A stretch of 64,000 bases of DNA, from the NCBI RefSeq assembly GCF_009914755.1, contig NC_060930.1, one strand, 5' to 3'. The position numbers and the translations under genes are program-made. The first letter of the stretch is position 1, and every line of letters begins with the position of its first letter. Below, piece by piece: positions 12,135 to 26,938 of this stretch. This DNA comes from the human T2T-CHM13v2.0 reference genome, Homo sapiens. The notes under the pieces are model-generated. The model saw nothing but the letters and a program-made list of their open reading frames with translations. It had not been told where the DNA came from and did no database searches.

Positions 12135-15100
12135 TCCAATCTGTTCACAACTATAATAGCTGTGAAAACCAGCATAATGGTAGTTGCTGGAGGGTGCAGA
12201 GCAGGTTTGAACCGCCTCAGAATTCCCATTCTCATAGAATTGTCCATATTTACCCATCTGACAGTTGGTTAAAAAGCTCCATTCTCAAGGCTTGTCTTTA
12301 TTTAATTTGATTCAGAACTTGTTCTATGAAAAAAGCCCTATACCAAAAACATTGTCAAAAAATCAGTGGTCATTGTTTAAGAGCTGCCCACAGTCCCATT
12401 ACCTTTTGAGACTAACATGAGGCTGACAAAAATGTCAAAAGAAAAATGAAGGAATATAATGTCCATATGGGCTTTGGAAGTCTTCAATATCTCTCTGAGA
12501 ATCTAGTCATGTCTATGTGCAGGGCTGTGTGCATGCCCTGGAAAGACCTGTGAAGGCTCTAATCTCTCGTCGGGGCTGGTCTTGAGGCTCTGTGCCAGCA
12601 GTAAGTGACTGTTTTAAAGTTGTAAACTGCTTGCTAGAGAATTCACATACACAGGAAGACCCTCAGCAAGGCTGGGAGACTTAATGATGCACATCACTTT
12701 AAAAAATCTGTGTCTAATCATTAGCAGACAACAGAGCTAACATAATAGAAATAATTTACTGAACGTACATGGAAATGAATACAAACTATGCAGAAGTAAG
12801 CCAGAAAAATTCCTAAAGAAGAAATCCTCACCAGTAATGACAACAATAGCAAATAATAACAACAAACCCCAGGAAAGGAGCTCTAATTACATTGTTTGAG
12901 ATGTCCAGGTTACAACAAAAAAATTTAAGGTGTGAAAAAGAAAACCAAAAAATGAAACCAGGAAAGTATTAACCATACATAAAGAAAAACTTACCGTCAA
13001 TAGAAACTATTTCTGAGGAGGCCCAGACATTTGACTTACTAGATTTTACTTGACTATTTTAAATATGCTTAAATAACCAAAGAACAACATATCTAAAGGA
13101 CTCAAAGAAGCTGTTAGAATATTCTCACCAAATAAATTTGAACAATAGCAAATTTAAATTATTTAAAAATAATCAAATAGAAATTCTGGAGTTTTAAAGT
13201 AAATTACTTAGACAAAAAATTGACTAGAGGGCACAACAGTAGATTTAACGGAAAGAAAAAAGAATAAACAAATATGAATATAGAGTAATAGAGATTATTT
13301 AATCTGAGAAACAGAAATAAAAATAAATGATGGCTCACTTATTTTATATAGGTGGGACCTCTGGATACTACCAACTATGCAATATAAGCATGATGGAAAC
13401 CTCAGAAGCAGAAGAGAAAGAGAGGAAGTAGAAAGAATACTGGAAGAAATCATGGCTGAAAAATTTCCAAATTTTATTTTAATAATTTATTTGCATATTC
13501 GAGAAGCTCAATAACCTCAAAGTAGGATTATATTAAAGAGATCCACACCTAGGTACATCATAGGCAAACTACTGAAAGAATAGGACAAAGAATCTTGAAA
13601 GCAGTGGGGGAAAAGCAAATCATTACATACAAGCTTTCTTCAGTGAGCTAAACAGCCAGAAATTCAAGGTACTGGAAGAAAAGGATTATCACCTAATAAT
13701 TTTATATGCGGCAAAAGTAGCTTCAGGAAACAAACTACCTCCCATCCCTAAAACAGAGAATTTTTTGCTACTAAACCTGCCTTACAAGAAATACTAAAGT
13801 GAGTCCTTCAGGCTGAAATGAAAGGACACTCGATAGTAACACAAACTTATATGACAAAGTAAAGAGCTCCAGGAGGGTAACTACATAGGGAAATATAAAA
13901 GATAGTATAAATCCATTTTTGTTTGTAACTCTTTTGTTATCCTATTTTTAAAGGAAAAGTACATAAAGCAATAATTATAAAACTGTGTTGATTATCTTAC
14001 ACTACCTAAAGATATAATTTGTATGATAATAACACTTAAAAGGGGAGGAAAGAAAAACTTTTGTTAAAGCAAAGTTTTGTACATTTTGAAATTAAGTTAG
14101 TATTTATTTCAAATAGATTTTTTAAAAATTAAGCTATTGTAACCCAAGTGCAACTATTAAGAGAATAACTAAAAATAAAGTAAAAGAAATAGCTATACTT
14201 TAAAATGGTATAATAGAAAATATTTAAATACAAAACTAATAGATGATTACAGAAAAAAGACATAAAACATAGAGGAAACGAACAGCAAAATGATAAACAA
14301 AAATTATACTTTATCAGTAAATATATCAAATGTAAAAGTCCTTCAGTCAAATGTCAGGGATTTGCAGACTATTAAAAAGTAATCCAACTACTTGCTATCT
14401 ATAAGTGACAAACCTTAGATTGAAAACAAATAATAGGTTTAAATTAAAAAGAAAGAAAATAATATACCATTCAAACAGTGCCCAGAGGACAGCTAGTATG
14501 GCTATATTATCAAACAAAATAGGCTTTAAGACAAAATTGTTACTAGTGACAAAGAAGGACATTTTGTAATGATAAACAATCGATCAGGCATACAGTAATT
14601 ATAAACATATATGTACCTAACAACAGAGCAGCAAAATATATGAAGCTGACAGAATTGTAGCTGGAGACTTCAATATTCTCCTTTTAAGAATAGGTAAAGA
14701 CAACTAGGCAAAAATATCAATAACTTAGTAGAAGACTAATCAACCAGACCAGACAGATGTCTATAAAACACTCTATGCAACCAGAGCAGAATATACATTC
14801 TTCTCAATTACACATGGAATATTCTTCAGGATGGAGGAGAATGTTAGATCATAATAACAGAATATTTATGTTAGGCCATGAAACAAGTGCTGAAAGAAAA
14901 AGACTTCCTTTTCAGATTGGAATGGAAGAAATAAAATTATCCTATTCACAGACAGCATGGTATTGTATACTGAAAATCTTAAGGAATCAACAAAAAATTA
15001 TAACTAATTAATAAGTTCAGCAAGGTTGCAAGATACAAGACCAATATATAAATATCAATTGTATTTATACTATAGAAGCAATGAAAATAAAACAGAAAAT

Positions 15101-15958
15101 TTTATTTTAAAACTTCAAAAAAAACCTAGGAATAAATTTATAAAAGGAAGTTCAAACCTTGTCACATTGAAAACTACAAATTTCAAAATAAAAGGAAGTT
15201 CTAAATAAGTAAGAAGGTATACAATGTTGTAATTAGATTCCTAGTACTGCAATAACGAATTACCATAAACTTAGTGGCTTAAAACAACACAAATTTAGTA
15301 TTTTACTGTTCTGGAAGTTAGATGTCTAAAATAGGTCTGCAAATTTGTATTCCGTTTGGAGGCTTTTTTGTTTTTGCTTTTTCCTGCATCTTTTTCATCT
15401 CTTCTTTGAGTCTCTTGCCTTCTTTCCTTTATAAATACCCTTGTGATTATAATGGGTCTACCTGCATAGTCCAGAATAATATGCCCATTTCAATATTCTT
15501 AATTTAATCATATCTGCAGAGTTTCTATTGTCCTGAAAGGTAACATAGTCACAGGTTCCAGGAATTAGAATACTAGTAATTTTGAAGTGTTATTCTCTGC
15601 CTACCATTTTAAGGGATTAGAAGACTTAATATTGCTAAAATGGCAATATTTCTCAAATTTTTTAATACAAATTAATCCCTATTCTTATATGAACTTAATT
15701 CCTACCAAGTTCTCAGAGGACTTTTTGAAGAAATTGACAAGTGAATCCTAAAATTTGTATGGAAATAAAAGCGACATAGACTAGCCAAAACAATCTTGAA
15801 AAGAAAGAACAAAGTTGGAGGACAGAGTTCTCAATTTTGAAATTTACTACAAAGCTGCAGCAAAGAAGATAGTATGCTTCTGGCATAGGCTACACATATG
15901 GATCAATGGAATAGAATCGGCTTCCAGAAATAAACCCTTATATTTATGGTCAATGGAT
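12135..15958 (+). mobile_element. Ancient L1M (5' region, ORF1 remnant, internally deleted ORF2 remnant)
   Basis: ORF1-like agatccacacctaggtacatcatag...aatcttgaaagcag near 13.5 kb; EN-like sequence at 14.3-14.9 kb; RT-like QIGMEEIKLS near 14.9 kb; heavily decayed. Confidence 0.75.
15228..15606 (-). mobile_element. MLT1 (C/D-like) MaLR LTR nested in L1M
   Basis: Contains ttaccataaacttagtggcttaaaacaacacaaattt and ends ctgcctacca. Confidence 0.75.
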
Positions 15959-15959
15959 C

Positions 15960-16091
15960 AACAATTTTTTGTAGCGTAGGAGGAGTATGTTCTATATATT
16001 ATTTGGGACATACTTATACCCAAAAAAGGATTTGTTGTTGATTCAATACTAAACTTTTTCTGGATGTCCCATATTTTATCTGAAAACACTA
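15960..16091. mobile_element. MER53-like hAT MITE fragment
   Basis: tttgggacatacttatac...tttgttgtt...cccatattttatctg matches the remembered MER53 arm. Confidence 0.55.
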
Positions 16092-17949
16092 CCTATTGTT
16101 ATATGATGATAAAAGAAAGCTTGACAACCAGTTGTAAAAAGTTGTGTGCTGGCATGGTATATGTCAAATCATTGCTTTGCAACTAACTTTTAAGAGATCT
16201 CTGTTACCATAATTTTTGAAAAAAAAATACAAATTACAGGTATTTATAAGATAAATTTCAATTCACAAAAGAAGAGAAATACCATACTGTGAATTTTCAA
16301 ATGCCTATTTCTATCATGACCTAAACATACAAGAATATAATGGGAACAGAGCAAAGTTTTAAATGAAACCCATTTTTTTACTCTTACGTGATCTACACCA
16401 GTGATAGAAAATATGTCTTCAATCCTCCCTTCAAATCTTCCAGAATTTTTTAAATATAATTTTGAATAAAATGCATATAGTTGGACATTTAGGGGTAGAA
16501 AAATTTATAGATATATTTTTCCATTATATGCAACACCAATGCATGTTGGACAATACTTCTCATCCCAAGACCTTTTTTGAAACATTTTCTATAATTGCAA
16601 ATGTCTCATCTTTCTTTTAGCTCATTGTATACAATGATAGGTACTGCCTTACTCAGTAATAGAATTATTTACCGTGGACAATGTAAAATTATATTTTTTG
16701 GCTGTATCTTGGGAATACTGGGAAATGACGATTATAGTAAGGTTCACATTTGCCTATTGACTCTATACCCTCTGATTTTTTCCTACTTAAAAATTACTCA
16801 CAATCCAAATAATTTGTATTTACCTAGGCAAAAGGGAAGCTGTTTGAACATTATTGAATTAATAATAAAATAATGGCTTTCAGCTATTTTCACTTTGGGA
16901 TTTAATTTTATTAAGGGAATATAGGGAGAGATGTACGAATCCATTTCACAAAGCAAGTGTCTTATGTTTTTTACACATTTTAAGTTGGGTGGTAAAGATA
17001 ATTATAACTTTTTAGAGCATCATTATATCATTTAAACTGTTGTTGGAGATTCATGGTTTAATTTGTGTTCTTCATATATTATTTCCATCTACATGACAGA
17101 AACTAAATTTATTATAGGTTTGAAATAATGAAAATTGATACAGGGATTATCAAGTCTATCACATATCAAAATGTGTTTGCCTGAGTTCTGCTACTTACAT
17201 ATTTTGACCAAGAAATCTATTTATGAGCAATGACTATTAATATATTTTTGAACTACTATATTAAGGAACGCTGTTTGGGGAACCTGAATCTAATCCAATT
17301 TTTTCTTCAATTTAAAATTGGTTGTAATATTAACTATTTTATTTATGTTAGTAATACCACAATTCTTCCATTTTCTCAAAGTAGAATCTTAATGTTATTG
17401 TACTTATTAGGCCAAAAGACTAGTTCTTCCCATAGAATTGTCCATTTACTACATTTACCAATTCTTGTGAGTCACTTAATACACACATACAAAAAGTCAT
17501 AAAGCCTTTTTTTTTTCAGTAAGAGAAGAATGCGTATCACACACACTACATGGTGCTAATTCTAGGGGCAAAATTACCCATTATTAGTGTTTGAGATTGA
17601 TTACTAGGATGAAGACATACAGTATATCATCAAGAAACAACCAATATAAAAGGAAACTGATGTAAATAAACTGTATGTTGTGGGGTATGTCAACTAGGAA
17701 ATTCACAAGCAAGATTATATATGTTTATTCAATGCTGTCTATGAAGACAGCCTTCTAGCCTTACCAATGCTACAGCAATAATTTGAGTTTCTTTTTTTTT
17801 CTTAGCTCAAAATAGTCAAACTGTCATATAGTGCATATATTTACATTTTCCTTTAAAAGTAAAAAATAATAAAGAAATTAGAAACCAAACCAGATAACAT
17901 CAAAAACCAATCAATTTATTGTTAGCTTTTTTAGCTCTTCATTCTCTTT

Positions 17950-18371
17950 TTGGTTTCTATTATTGTGTAAGAAATTACCCTAAAACAGAGTAGCCTAAGA
18001 GAACAAACGTTTGTCTCACACAATTTCCAGTGTCAGGAACCCTGGAGTGGCTCAGTTAGTTGGTTCTGTTTCAGAATCATTTATGAAGTTGCAGTCAGGA
18101 TACTGGCAGAGGGTGTAGTCATCTGAAAGCTTAACTGGGGAGGGAAGAAAATTCTTCAAGAGTGCTCACTCACATGACTGTTGCGTAGAGGCTTCACTTT
18201 CTAGCTGCCTGTTGGCCGGCCTCAACTCCTTCCTATGTAAGCTCCTCCAAAGTGCTCCTCATGACATGACAGCTATCTCCAGGGCAAATGAGTTACAGAG
18301 AGGGAAATTAAGCTCTACTTCATGAAGGAAGGAGTATTAAAGAATTTGGGAGCGTATTTTAAAACCACTAC
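17950..18371 (-). mobile_element. MLT1F-like MaLR LTR
   Basis: tgtaagaaattaccctaaaac... gtagtcatctgaaagcttaactgggg... ending ttttaaaaccactaca. Confidence 0.7.
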
Positions 18372-19148
18372 AACCTTAAAACTTAGAATGCTAAAACAAA
18401 TTCCTCATAGGTCTCTCTGACCCTAAGCTTTTCATTTTAAAATCCACTTGGCACAGAGTAACAAAATTATCTTCTAATAATTCTCTTTTTAAATATTGCT
18501 TTTCTGCTTAAAAACTGAACAAAAATTTCCTGTAGCTGTTGCATCAAGTTGATGCCAGTGTCTAATTTCCAGTGTTGCCCATAATCTAAAGTATAAAGGC
18601 TAAATTATAGCATGAATTGATTCTTGTTATAAAATCCCATTTTACGTTAAAAGATTCTGCAATTCAGATAAGACATTTCCACAGGGCACTGCAAAAATCA
18701 GACTCCTTGCCTTTTGTCTTAAAACCACACCCCGACTTCCTTTCCCTTTTACTCACAGAAATCTTCCTGTTCTTCCAGGACTAGCTCAAGTCATATCCTC
18801 CATAAGACCATATTTACCATTCTCTCCCTGACCTCATTCATTACCTCTCTTCTCTGAATTCACATTGCAGTTAGCACAAGTGCCATTTTTTTTCTAGCAC
18901 AGATTTGCTCTCAAATTGTTTCACTTACAATTGTGTTATTCCTTCCAGGTGGAGACAGAAGTCATTTTTTATCATTTTAGTTTCCATAGATGCTTACACA
19001 TTTTAGGAAATAGAGGAGGTACTGAACAAATTTTCGCTGTTTTATTTCTCTTGAATGTAAGATTGAGGAATGCTTTTGATACCATTTGTTCACTTAAAAA
19101 CGTAAGAATAAAAAAAAAAACTACCGTTTTCCACATCTATATCTAATC

Positions 19149-19197
<49 letters not shown>

Positions 19198-19232
19198 GTA
19201 TCTATCTATGTATCTATCTATGTATCCATCTA

Positions 19233-19284
<52 letters not shown>
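19149..19284. repeat. Compound tetranucleotide STR: (TCTA)12 [TGTA(TCTA)2]2 TGTA TCCA TCTA (TCTG)12 TCTA
   Basis: Counted directly; it occupies the position of the adjacent Alu's tail. Confidence 0.95.
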
Positions 19285-19572
<288 letters not shown>

Positions 19573-20114
19573 GTATTTCTTTTATTTCTTCGTTTAATAT
19601 GGAAATTCAAGCTGTCTAGCTAAAGGTTGTCTTGTGATTCCAGATGCAGATTAATATTGGAAAATAACTCATGGTAGAAAAAAACTATATTCCCAAGCAT
19701 GAAATTTATAAAATTAAAATTTATCTTGCTTGTGATTGAAACAATATAACTTTTCTGTTCTCATTGTTCTTAAAACTATGGTTAACATAAAGAAAATAAG
19801 GAATATATTATTTCTATTTCCTCTGGACACTGAAATATAGAATGATTTGATTCCTAAAAGGCATAAATTTTACATAGATCACAGTTTTGTCTTAGTTCAA
19901 AAGGGAGTTCTGTGCAAAATGTCTATTTCTCTAGAGGCTTTTTGAGAAAATCTTTGAAAGTATTTGTTGCCTGTAGTGCTATTTCTTAGAAAATAAGTTA
20001 TATTAAATACTGTATTTTACATTTTTACTTATTCCTTTTCAAATTGCTTAAATCTCCTTCCTCTATGTAAGTGGTTATTATAGAGAAATACCACTTTTTT
20101 GAAATAATATTGGT

Positions 20115-20245
20115 TTTAAATTACTTTTTATAATGAAACATTTCAAAAATAAACAAAAATGATGAGAAGAATATAACGAGCTTCCATTTACCCATAACCC
20201 AGATTCAACAGTTATCAACATTTTGGTAAACTTGTTTCATCTTCA
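20115..20245 (-). mobile_element. L1ME-type 3' end fragment
   Basis: ataatgaaacatttcaaaaata...cccagattcaacagttatcaacatttt. Confidence 0.5.
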
Positions 20246-21382
20246 TATGCTCCCTACACATTAAAGACACTGATTATTCCTACAATGAACTTCTATTATA
20301 GATCCAAATGGTTTTCAGAGTTATAGAATTTTAAAAATACTAATCTTGTCTGTCCTATGACTGTATAAAATGGAATGTGAGGACTGATAGCATCATTCCT
20401 TAATCCTCTTACCTTCATGTGAGGATAGAGAATCCTGGAGAGGTTCAATTTCTAACTTACCTATGGTCAAATAAATGGTTTTCAAAGTTGGAAGGAAAGT
20501 CTCTATTTCCTGCCCTCTCATTTTTTATTTCATGTTTGCTCTGGTCACTAGTTTTAGAAAACTTCCCCAGGAGAAAGTATCCTTAGAAACAGAGATAAAC
20601 ATCATTGAGGTCACTTTGCTACAGTTGCCTAAGCACCCCACCCAAGTCAGGTCCTTCAATCAAAGGCTTATGCAAAAGTTAAGACAAGTACATGTCGTCT
20701 TCTGTCCTATGTTTATGACTGTTTTTATTTTTTTGGTAGTATTTTTTAAGTTCTTTTTTTTGGGTTATACAGTTGCATCATTTCTAAAAAATAATTATGT
20801 ATATCCATTTTAAAATTGTATACTTATTATTTTTTTTCAATTCTGATTCCATCAACTGGTATCTCCAGAACAATATCTTTCTTTTGTTTCCAACTTTACT
20901 TTTATTGTTTGGCAATTAAAAGTAGTGCAAGATTCATAAATACATATCCAAAGCAGTGTATAGTCTTCATATTTTATTTGACGTTTTCAGTTGGAATAAA
21001 TATCATATTTTTATTAACTGCTTTTTCAATATCCATGGAAATTACTATATGATTTAATATTTAAATTTAATATTACTAGACTATTATGACATTCTTGGCA
21101 TATGACCTGTTTTTTTACTGTGTATTATTTGTTCATTGCATTGATGAAATAGTTCTGTGACTGTTTATTTGTAATGTTTCCATTAATATTTATAAGTTAG
21201 ATTTATCTGTGGTTTTAAAATATATGTGCTTGTTAAATATTTTATTATTTAATAAAAACATATATAGCATTATGTATCTGGCACTGTTCTAAAAGCTTCA
21301 TCAATATTAACTGCTTTAATCCTCATGATAGACCTATGAAGAAAATACTATTACCATTCTCATTTTGCAAATTGTAAGATAG

Positions 21383-21796
<414 letters not shown>

Positions 21797-24174
21797 TAGT
21801 TGAAGACAGGTTTTGAATCCAGGCAGTTCACAAATGAAGCAATAACAACAACAGAGATTTTCCTCTTCCTTTCCACATTAATTTGGCAGACTTATTCTGT
21901 AAATTGATTGGTATATGTTTGAAGGTAATAGTTCCTTGAAACTTTATGAAGGTAATGAGCATATTTAACATTTTCACAAGGGGAAAAAACCTATTTTACT
22001 CAGATTTCCAAATACACTTCTAAATATACAAACAAATTAATCTCACAATTATTTTAATGTCCTATGCCTTTGGTCATTCACACATTCTCATTTTTATATA
22101 TTGTGTTGGAGTTTTCATTTTTATTTTTGAGTAGGTTAGCTAATGATTTATCCAGCAGGTAATTTCTCTGCAAAGAACCACCTCATGGTTTATTAGTCTG
22201 CTCTTCTCTATTGGTAAATTCATTCATTTTAGCAACAAAATTTTAATTTATCCTTGGAGAAAGTCCTGATTCTTCTCCTAGTTATATACTTAAAAAAATC
22301 TATCTCCTTAGTTTAGGTCAGCTTTATGCAACCTTCTCTTGTATCTTCCTCTATGATGCATATATGACTATTACATAACTAACTGCCTAAAATCTCTTGG
22401 CCACATTTCCCTAAATAATATATCCTACCTCTTGAACAATCCAAAGAGCCCTTGATCTGCCTTTAATGAACTGCATGTGTGTACCAATAACTAATAAGAA
22501 AATTATAGCAGTGGCTTGGACCATTTTCCTTGTCCTAGTGCGTCTAGAATATGATCAACCAAAAATTAAGTGCATTGTTATCCATAGTTAACAAAATCCC
22601 AAACATCCAATATACATATTCCTAAAACTTATCAGTATTCACAAATTTTGGGGTGATCCTCAGATAAACTCTTGTCCACAAAAGCAGTAATCATCATGTT
22701 GTCCTGAGACTTTCTTTTGTTTGCTTATGGTGTCCCTGGATTAACATGGTGAACTTGAGTCATAAGACTTCTAAAATAAACATTTAATACTAAGAAAGTT
22801 TTGAGTCTGAGTGATTGTTAATAAATGCCAATGGACGCTAGCTGATATGTTTTCAGAGTTGGTGTTTACCATATATATCTGGCATTCTTCAAGAAAGTCT
22901 AGTATATTCTATTTTTATCAAATAATTACTTCAAGCTCACATTTCTCAAAATTTCTAGATCAGTATCATAATGAGTTGATGGTCAAGTTTGTCCATAACC
23001 CTGGTGAAAACAATTATACTGTCGAATTATTGAAATCCTTTACATGTTGTATCTTTAATCACCTGAAATTAGGGGAGAATCATTTCAAATTAGTTAAGCT
23101 CTAAAGAGTATGTGAAGGTAGTGTTTACTTTGCATCAGTAAGTGACAATCATGCTCATTCAAGTTTAATATTAAAAATAATGACTCTCCAGCAGATGGTT
23201 TAATTTGTCCCGAATATAGTTTTCTGATCCATTTTAGGGCAGTTATTCAGTGTAAAACAGAGCCTGTATGTGTATTTTTCCTGATTTTGTACACACCATT
23301 GTGAAGTGACAGAGGATGATGACAATTATTTTGTTAATAAGAACTCTCTAATATTCTGTCTTTGATTTGAGAAAATGTAATTTCTTTCTAAGCATTTTTT
23401 ACAGAGTTGAGTTTATATACCTTTTATTTTGAAGGGTCTTAATACCTCTCACATCAAAGCCAATGGAAATATTAACCTTGCCTTGGGAATTCATTTTCAA
23501 TGTCTTCTTCCACGATTTAGATATTAGAAAGTCTGTAAGTCCAAAGTTCTTAAGATTTATTCTGAAGGATGCTGGGGAACCCAACAACAGGAGAAAGTGG
23601 AATTGGATTCTGTCAGTTCTCTCTTTCTGTAGGCTCTCTCATATGGAGTGGGATATGAATGGGCTCTACTAATTTGAATCTACATGCTATTGAATAAACA
23701 CAGCCAGCAATTTTTAAAATATGCAGTTTGTTGAAATTATAGCCTCTATTTTCTGCATATGTAACAAGTCGGTCAGACTGAATTGCTGTCTGACCAGTCT
23801 TTGCCTTAGGTTACAATAAATCATCAATCACACGGTCAAAGTAAGGGTAGGCTTCTTTATTCAGGCACGTAATATTAGAACCACTTAACCTTTGTTGTAA
23901 GAGGTAGTCCAGATATTTTCATGAGATAATTATGATCATGTGCAACTCACTGACAGGGCCTATCAACTCAAAATTTAACTTAACTACCACTTCCTATGGC
24001 AGGAGGAACCTGTCATATGTGTTTTCTGGTAAGACTTGGGAATAGGTTGTATCCTAGACCTGTAACCTTTTCCTGATCTCTCTTTAGTGACCTCATCTGC
24101 TGAGATATGAAGGCAAGATTCTCTTCTAATCCTAAGCCCTCTACCTGTATGCCAGGCCACCAAAAGATAGTAAT

Positions 24175-24400
24175 GTTATAAAAATATCTAACATTTATGG
24201 CACTTACTCTGTGCCATGCCCAAGTGTAATAATTCATTTAATCCTTTCAACTATCTTATGAGATTGATACATTTATTTTCATCTTATTTGCAAGTGAGGA
24301 AACTGACTCAGAGTTTTAACTGACCAAAAGTTGCACAGCTAGAAAGTAGTAGTTCTGGAGTCCTGCATAGACATCAGTCTCCTGAGTCTGTGCTTGCAAC
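24175..24400 (-). mobile_element. MIR
   Basis: ctaacatttatggcacttactctgtgcca...tgaggaaactgactcagag...cacagctag core. Confidence 0.8.
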
Positions 24401-24788
24401 AATTGTATTGTCGGACATCCTGCAATAACAGATCAAGGTATGTTCCTTTAGGCAGAACATAATTGGACCTTATTTCATATCCATTCTTCAAAGCTCTACC
24501 TTTTAATTGGATTGATTATTCTAGTCACATTTACTGTTATCATAGATATAGTTAGATTTGCATCTGCCACCTTTTATTTTCTGTGTCTCACATCTTTTTC
24601 CTCCCTCTATTCCTCTGCTACTTTCTTTCTCATTAAGTAAATATTTTCTGTGTAACACTTTAACTGTTTATTTTTCACTTAAAATTTTTAAGAGTTTCCC
24701 TATAGTGTGCCATTCACATCTTATCCAAATTTACTTTAGATTTATACAAAATTAATTTCAATGGGATATAAAATATTATTCCTATATA

Positions 24789-25242
24789 CAGTTGACTCCT
24801 GAACATCACAAATTTGAACTGCATGTCTACTGACACAGTTTCTTCCACCTCTGCTACCTCTGAGACAGCAGAACCAACACTTTCTCCTCTTCCTCCTCCT
24901 CAGCCTAGTCAACTTGGGGATGATGAGAATGAGGACTTTTATGATGATCCAATTCCACTTATTGAATTGTAAATGTATTTCCTCTTCCTTGTGATTTTCT
25001 TAATAACATTTTTTTCTTTTCTAACTTACTTTATTGTAAGAATACAGTATATAATATATGTGGTATATAATATATGTGATTTACAAGATATGTGTTAATA
25101 CATTTTCTATATCATTAATAAGGCTTCTGGTCAACAATATGCTATTAGTTGTTAAGTTTTTGGGGAGTCAAAAGTTATACACACATTTTTGACTGTGCTG
25201 GAGTTGGCACCCCTAACTCTCCCATTGTTCAAGAGTCAACTG
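24789..25242. mobile_element. Tigger2a (MER28) DNA transposon
   Basis: TIRs cagttgactcctgaaca / tgttcaagagtcaactg with TA on both sides (24787-24788, 25243-25244). Confidence 0.88.
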
Positions 25243-25321
25243 TAGTTCTATTCCCTCTTTTTCCTGCTATTATTGTGCCATCTTTGTTATCGTTATCATT
25301 ATTATGAATATTACATATGTG

Positions 25322-25839
25322 AAATGGTCCCCACTTATTTGTAGTTTGTTTTTCATGGTTTCACTTACTTGCATTCTACTGTGGCTTGAAACAGTAAATG
25401 AAAAATTCTAGAAACAAACAATTCATAAATTTTACATTGCATTGGGTTCTGAGTAGTATGATAGAATCTTGCTCCATCCTTCTCCTTCCTGAGTGGAACA
25501 TGAAGCATTCCTTTTTGCACAAGCTGTCTATGCTACCTGCCCATTAGTCACTTAGTAGTTGCCTGGGTTATGAGACTGACTGTTGTGATGTTGCAGTGCT
25601 TGTGTTCAAGTAACACTTATTTGACTTAAAAATAGGTAGTGAAGCTGTCACAGTTATAATTGTTTTATTATTAGTTATTGTTGTTAACCTCTTACTATGT
25701 CTAATTTATAAGCTAAGCTTTATCATAAGTGTATACATATAGGAAAAGACGTGGTATGTATAGGGTTCGATATTATCCACAGTTTCAGGCGTCCACTAGG
25801 GGTCCTGGAGTATATCCTTCATGGATCAGGGGGATACTG
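25322..25839. mobile_element. MER44B-like (Tigger7-derived) DNA transposon
   Basis: aaattctagaaacaaacaattcataa...cattagtcacttagtag...; right end ggatcagggggatactg followed by TA. Confidence 0.8.
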
Positions 25840-26629
25840 TAGATTAAAAACCCCCAAATACATGTTATGATTATTAGTTTAGATATTTCCATGACTACTA
25901 AAGAAATTAAGGAAAGAATAAAGAGCAATTGTATGTTTATAGAGTTTGTTATGTTCTGTTTATTTGTTCCTCTGGATTCTAGTTACTATATGGCATCATT
26001 TTTTACTTCAAGCAAACTTAGCTTCCTTTCACTTTTTTAATAATGTTATTGTCAAATGTATTAGATTTTTATATGTTAGAGGTTCAAAAACATAATTATT
26101 TATATATTATTTTAACTTTTAAATAGCAATTAAGCAACAAAGGTGAAAATATGCATTTAAATTGTCTTTTGTAATCATGTAATTATTTTAACTGTTCTTT
26201 TTGTGTGTATGTGTGGGTTCACATTACTATCTGGGGTCACTTGCTTTTAGCTTAAAGAAATTTCTTAGTATTTCTGCATTTCTTGTTTCTTAGAATTTCT
26301 TGTTTCTTCCAGCAACAAATTCTTTCAGTTTTTAACCTGTGAATGTTTACATTTTGGCTTCATTGAGATAGTTTTGCTAGATATAGAGTTGCCAGATGAC
26401 ACACCCTTTTCTTTCAGCACTTCAGGTATGTCATTCCATTGCATTCTGGCCTTTATTGTTTCTGATGAGAAGTCAGCCATTAACCTCATAGGAATTGCAT
26501 TGTGATGAGTCATTTTTCTCTTACTGCTTTCAAAATTTTATCTTTGCATTTAGCTTTCAACATTTTGACTGTAATGCTTCTGGGTGTGGATCTCTGTGTT
26601 AATCCTACTTGGAGTTTGTTGAACTTTAC

Positions 26630-26938
26630 TTTGTTTGTTTGTTTGTTTTTGAGACAGGGTCTCACTTTGTCACCCAGGCTGGAGTGCAGTAGTACAATCA
26701 TGGCTTACTGCAGCTTTGACCTTCCAAAGTCAAGCAATCCTCTGGCCTCAGATTCCCTAGTAGCTGAGACTACAGGTGTGTGCTACCATGCTGTGCTAAT
26801 TTTTTTTTTTAATTTTTGTTAGAGATGGGGGTCTCACTGTGTTGCTCAGGCTGGTCTCCAACTCCTGGACTCAAGCAATCCTCCCACCTCAGCCTATCAG
26901 AGTGTTGAGATTACAGGTGTGAGCCACTGTGCCTGGCC
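26630..26938 (-). mobile_element. AluJ
   Basis: J-type gagacagggtctcac...tcaagcaatcctcccacctcagc; (TTTG)n tail. Confidence 0.9.

Noticed and set aside
23771-23795. Hairpin ggtcagac...gtctgacc
   Set aside because: An 8-bp stem is expected by chance in 64 kb.
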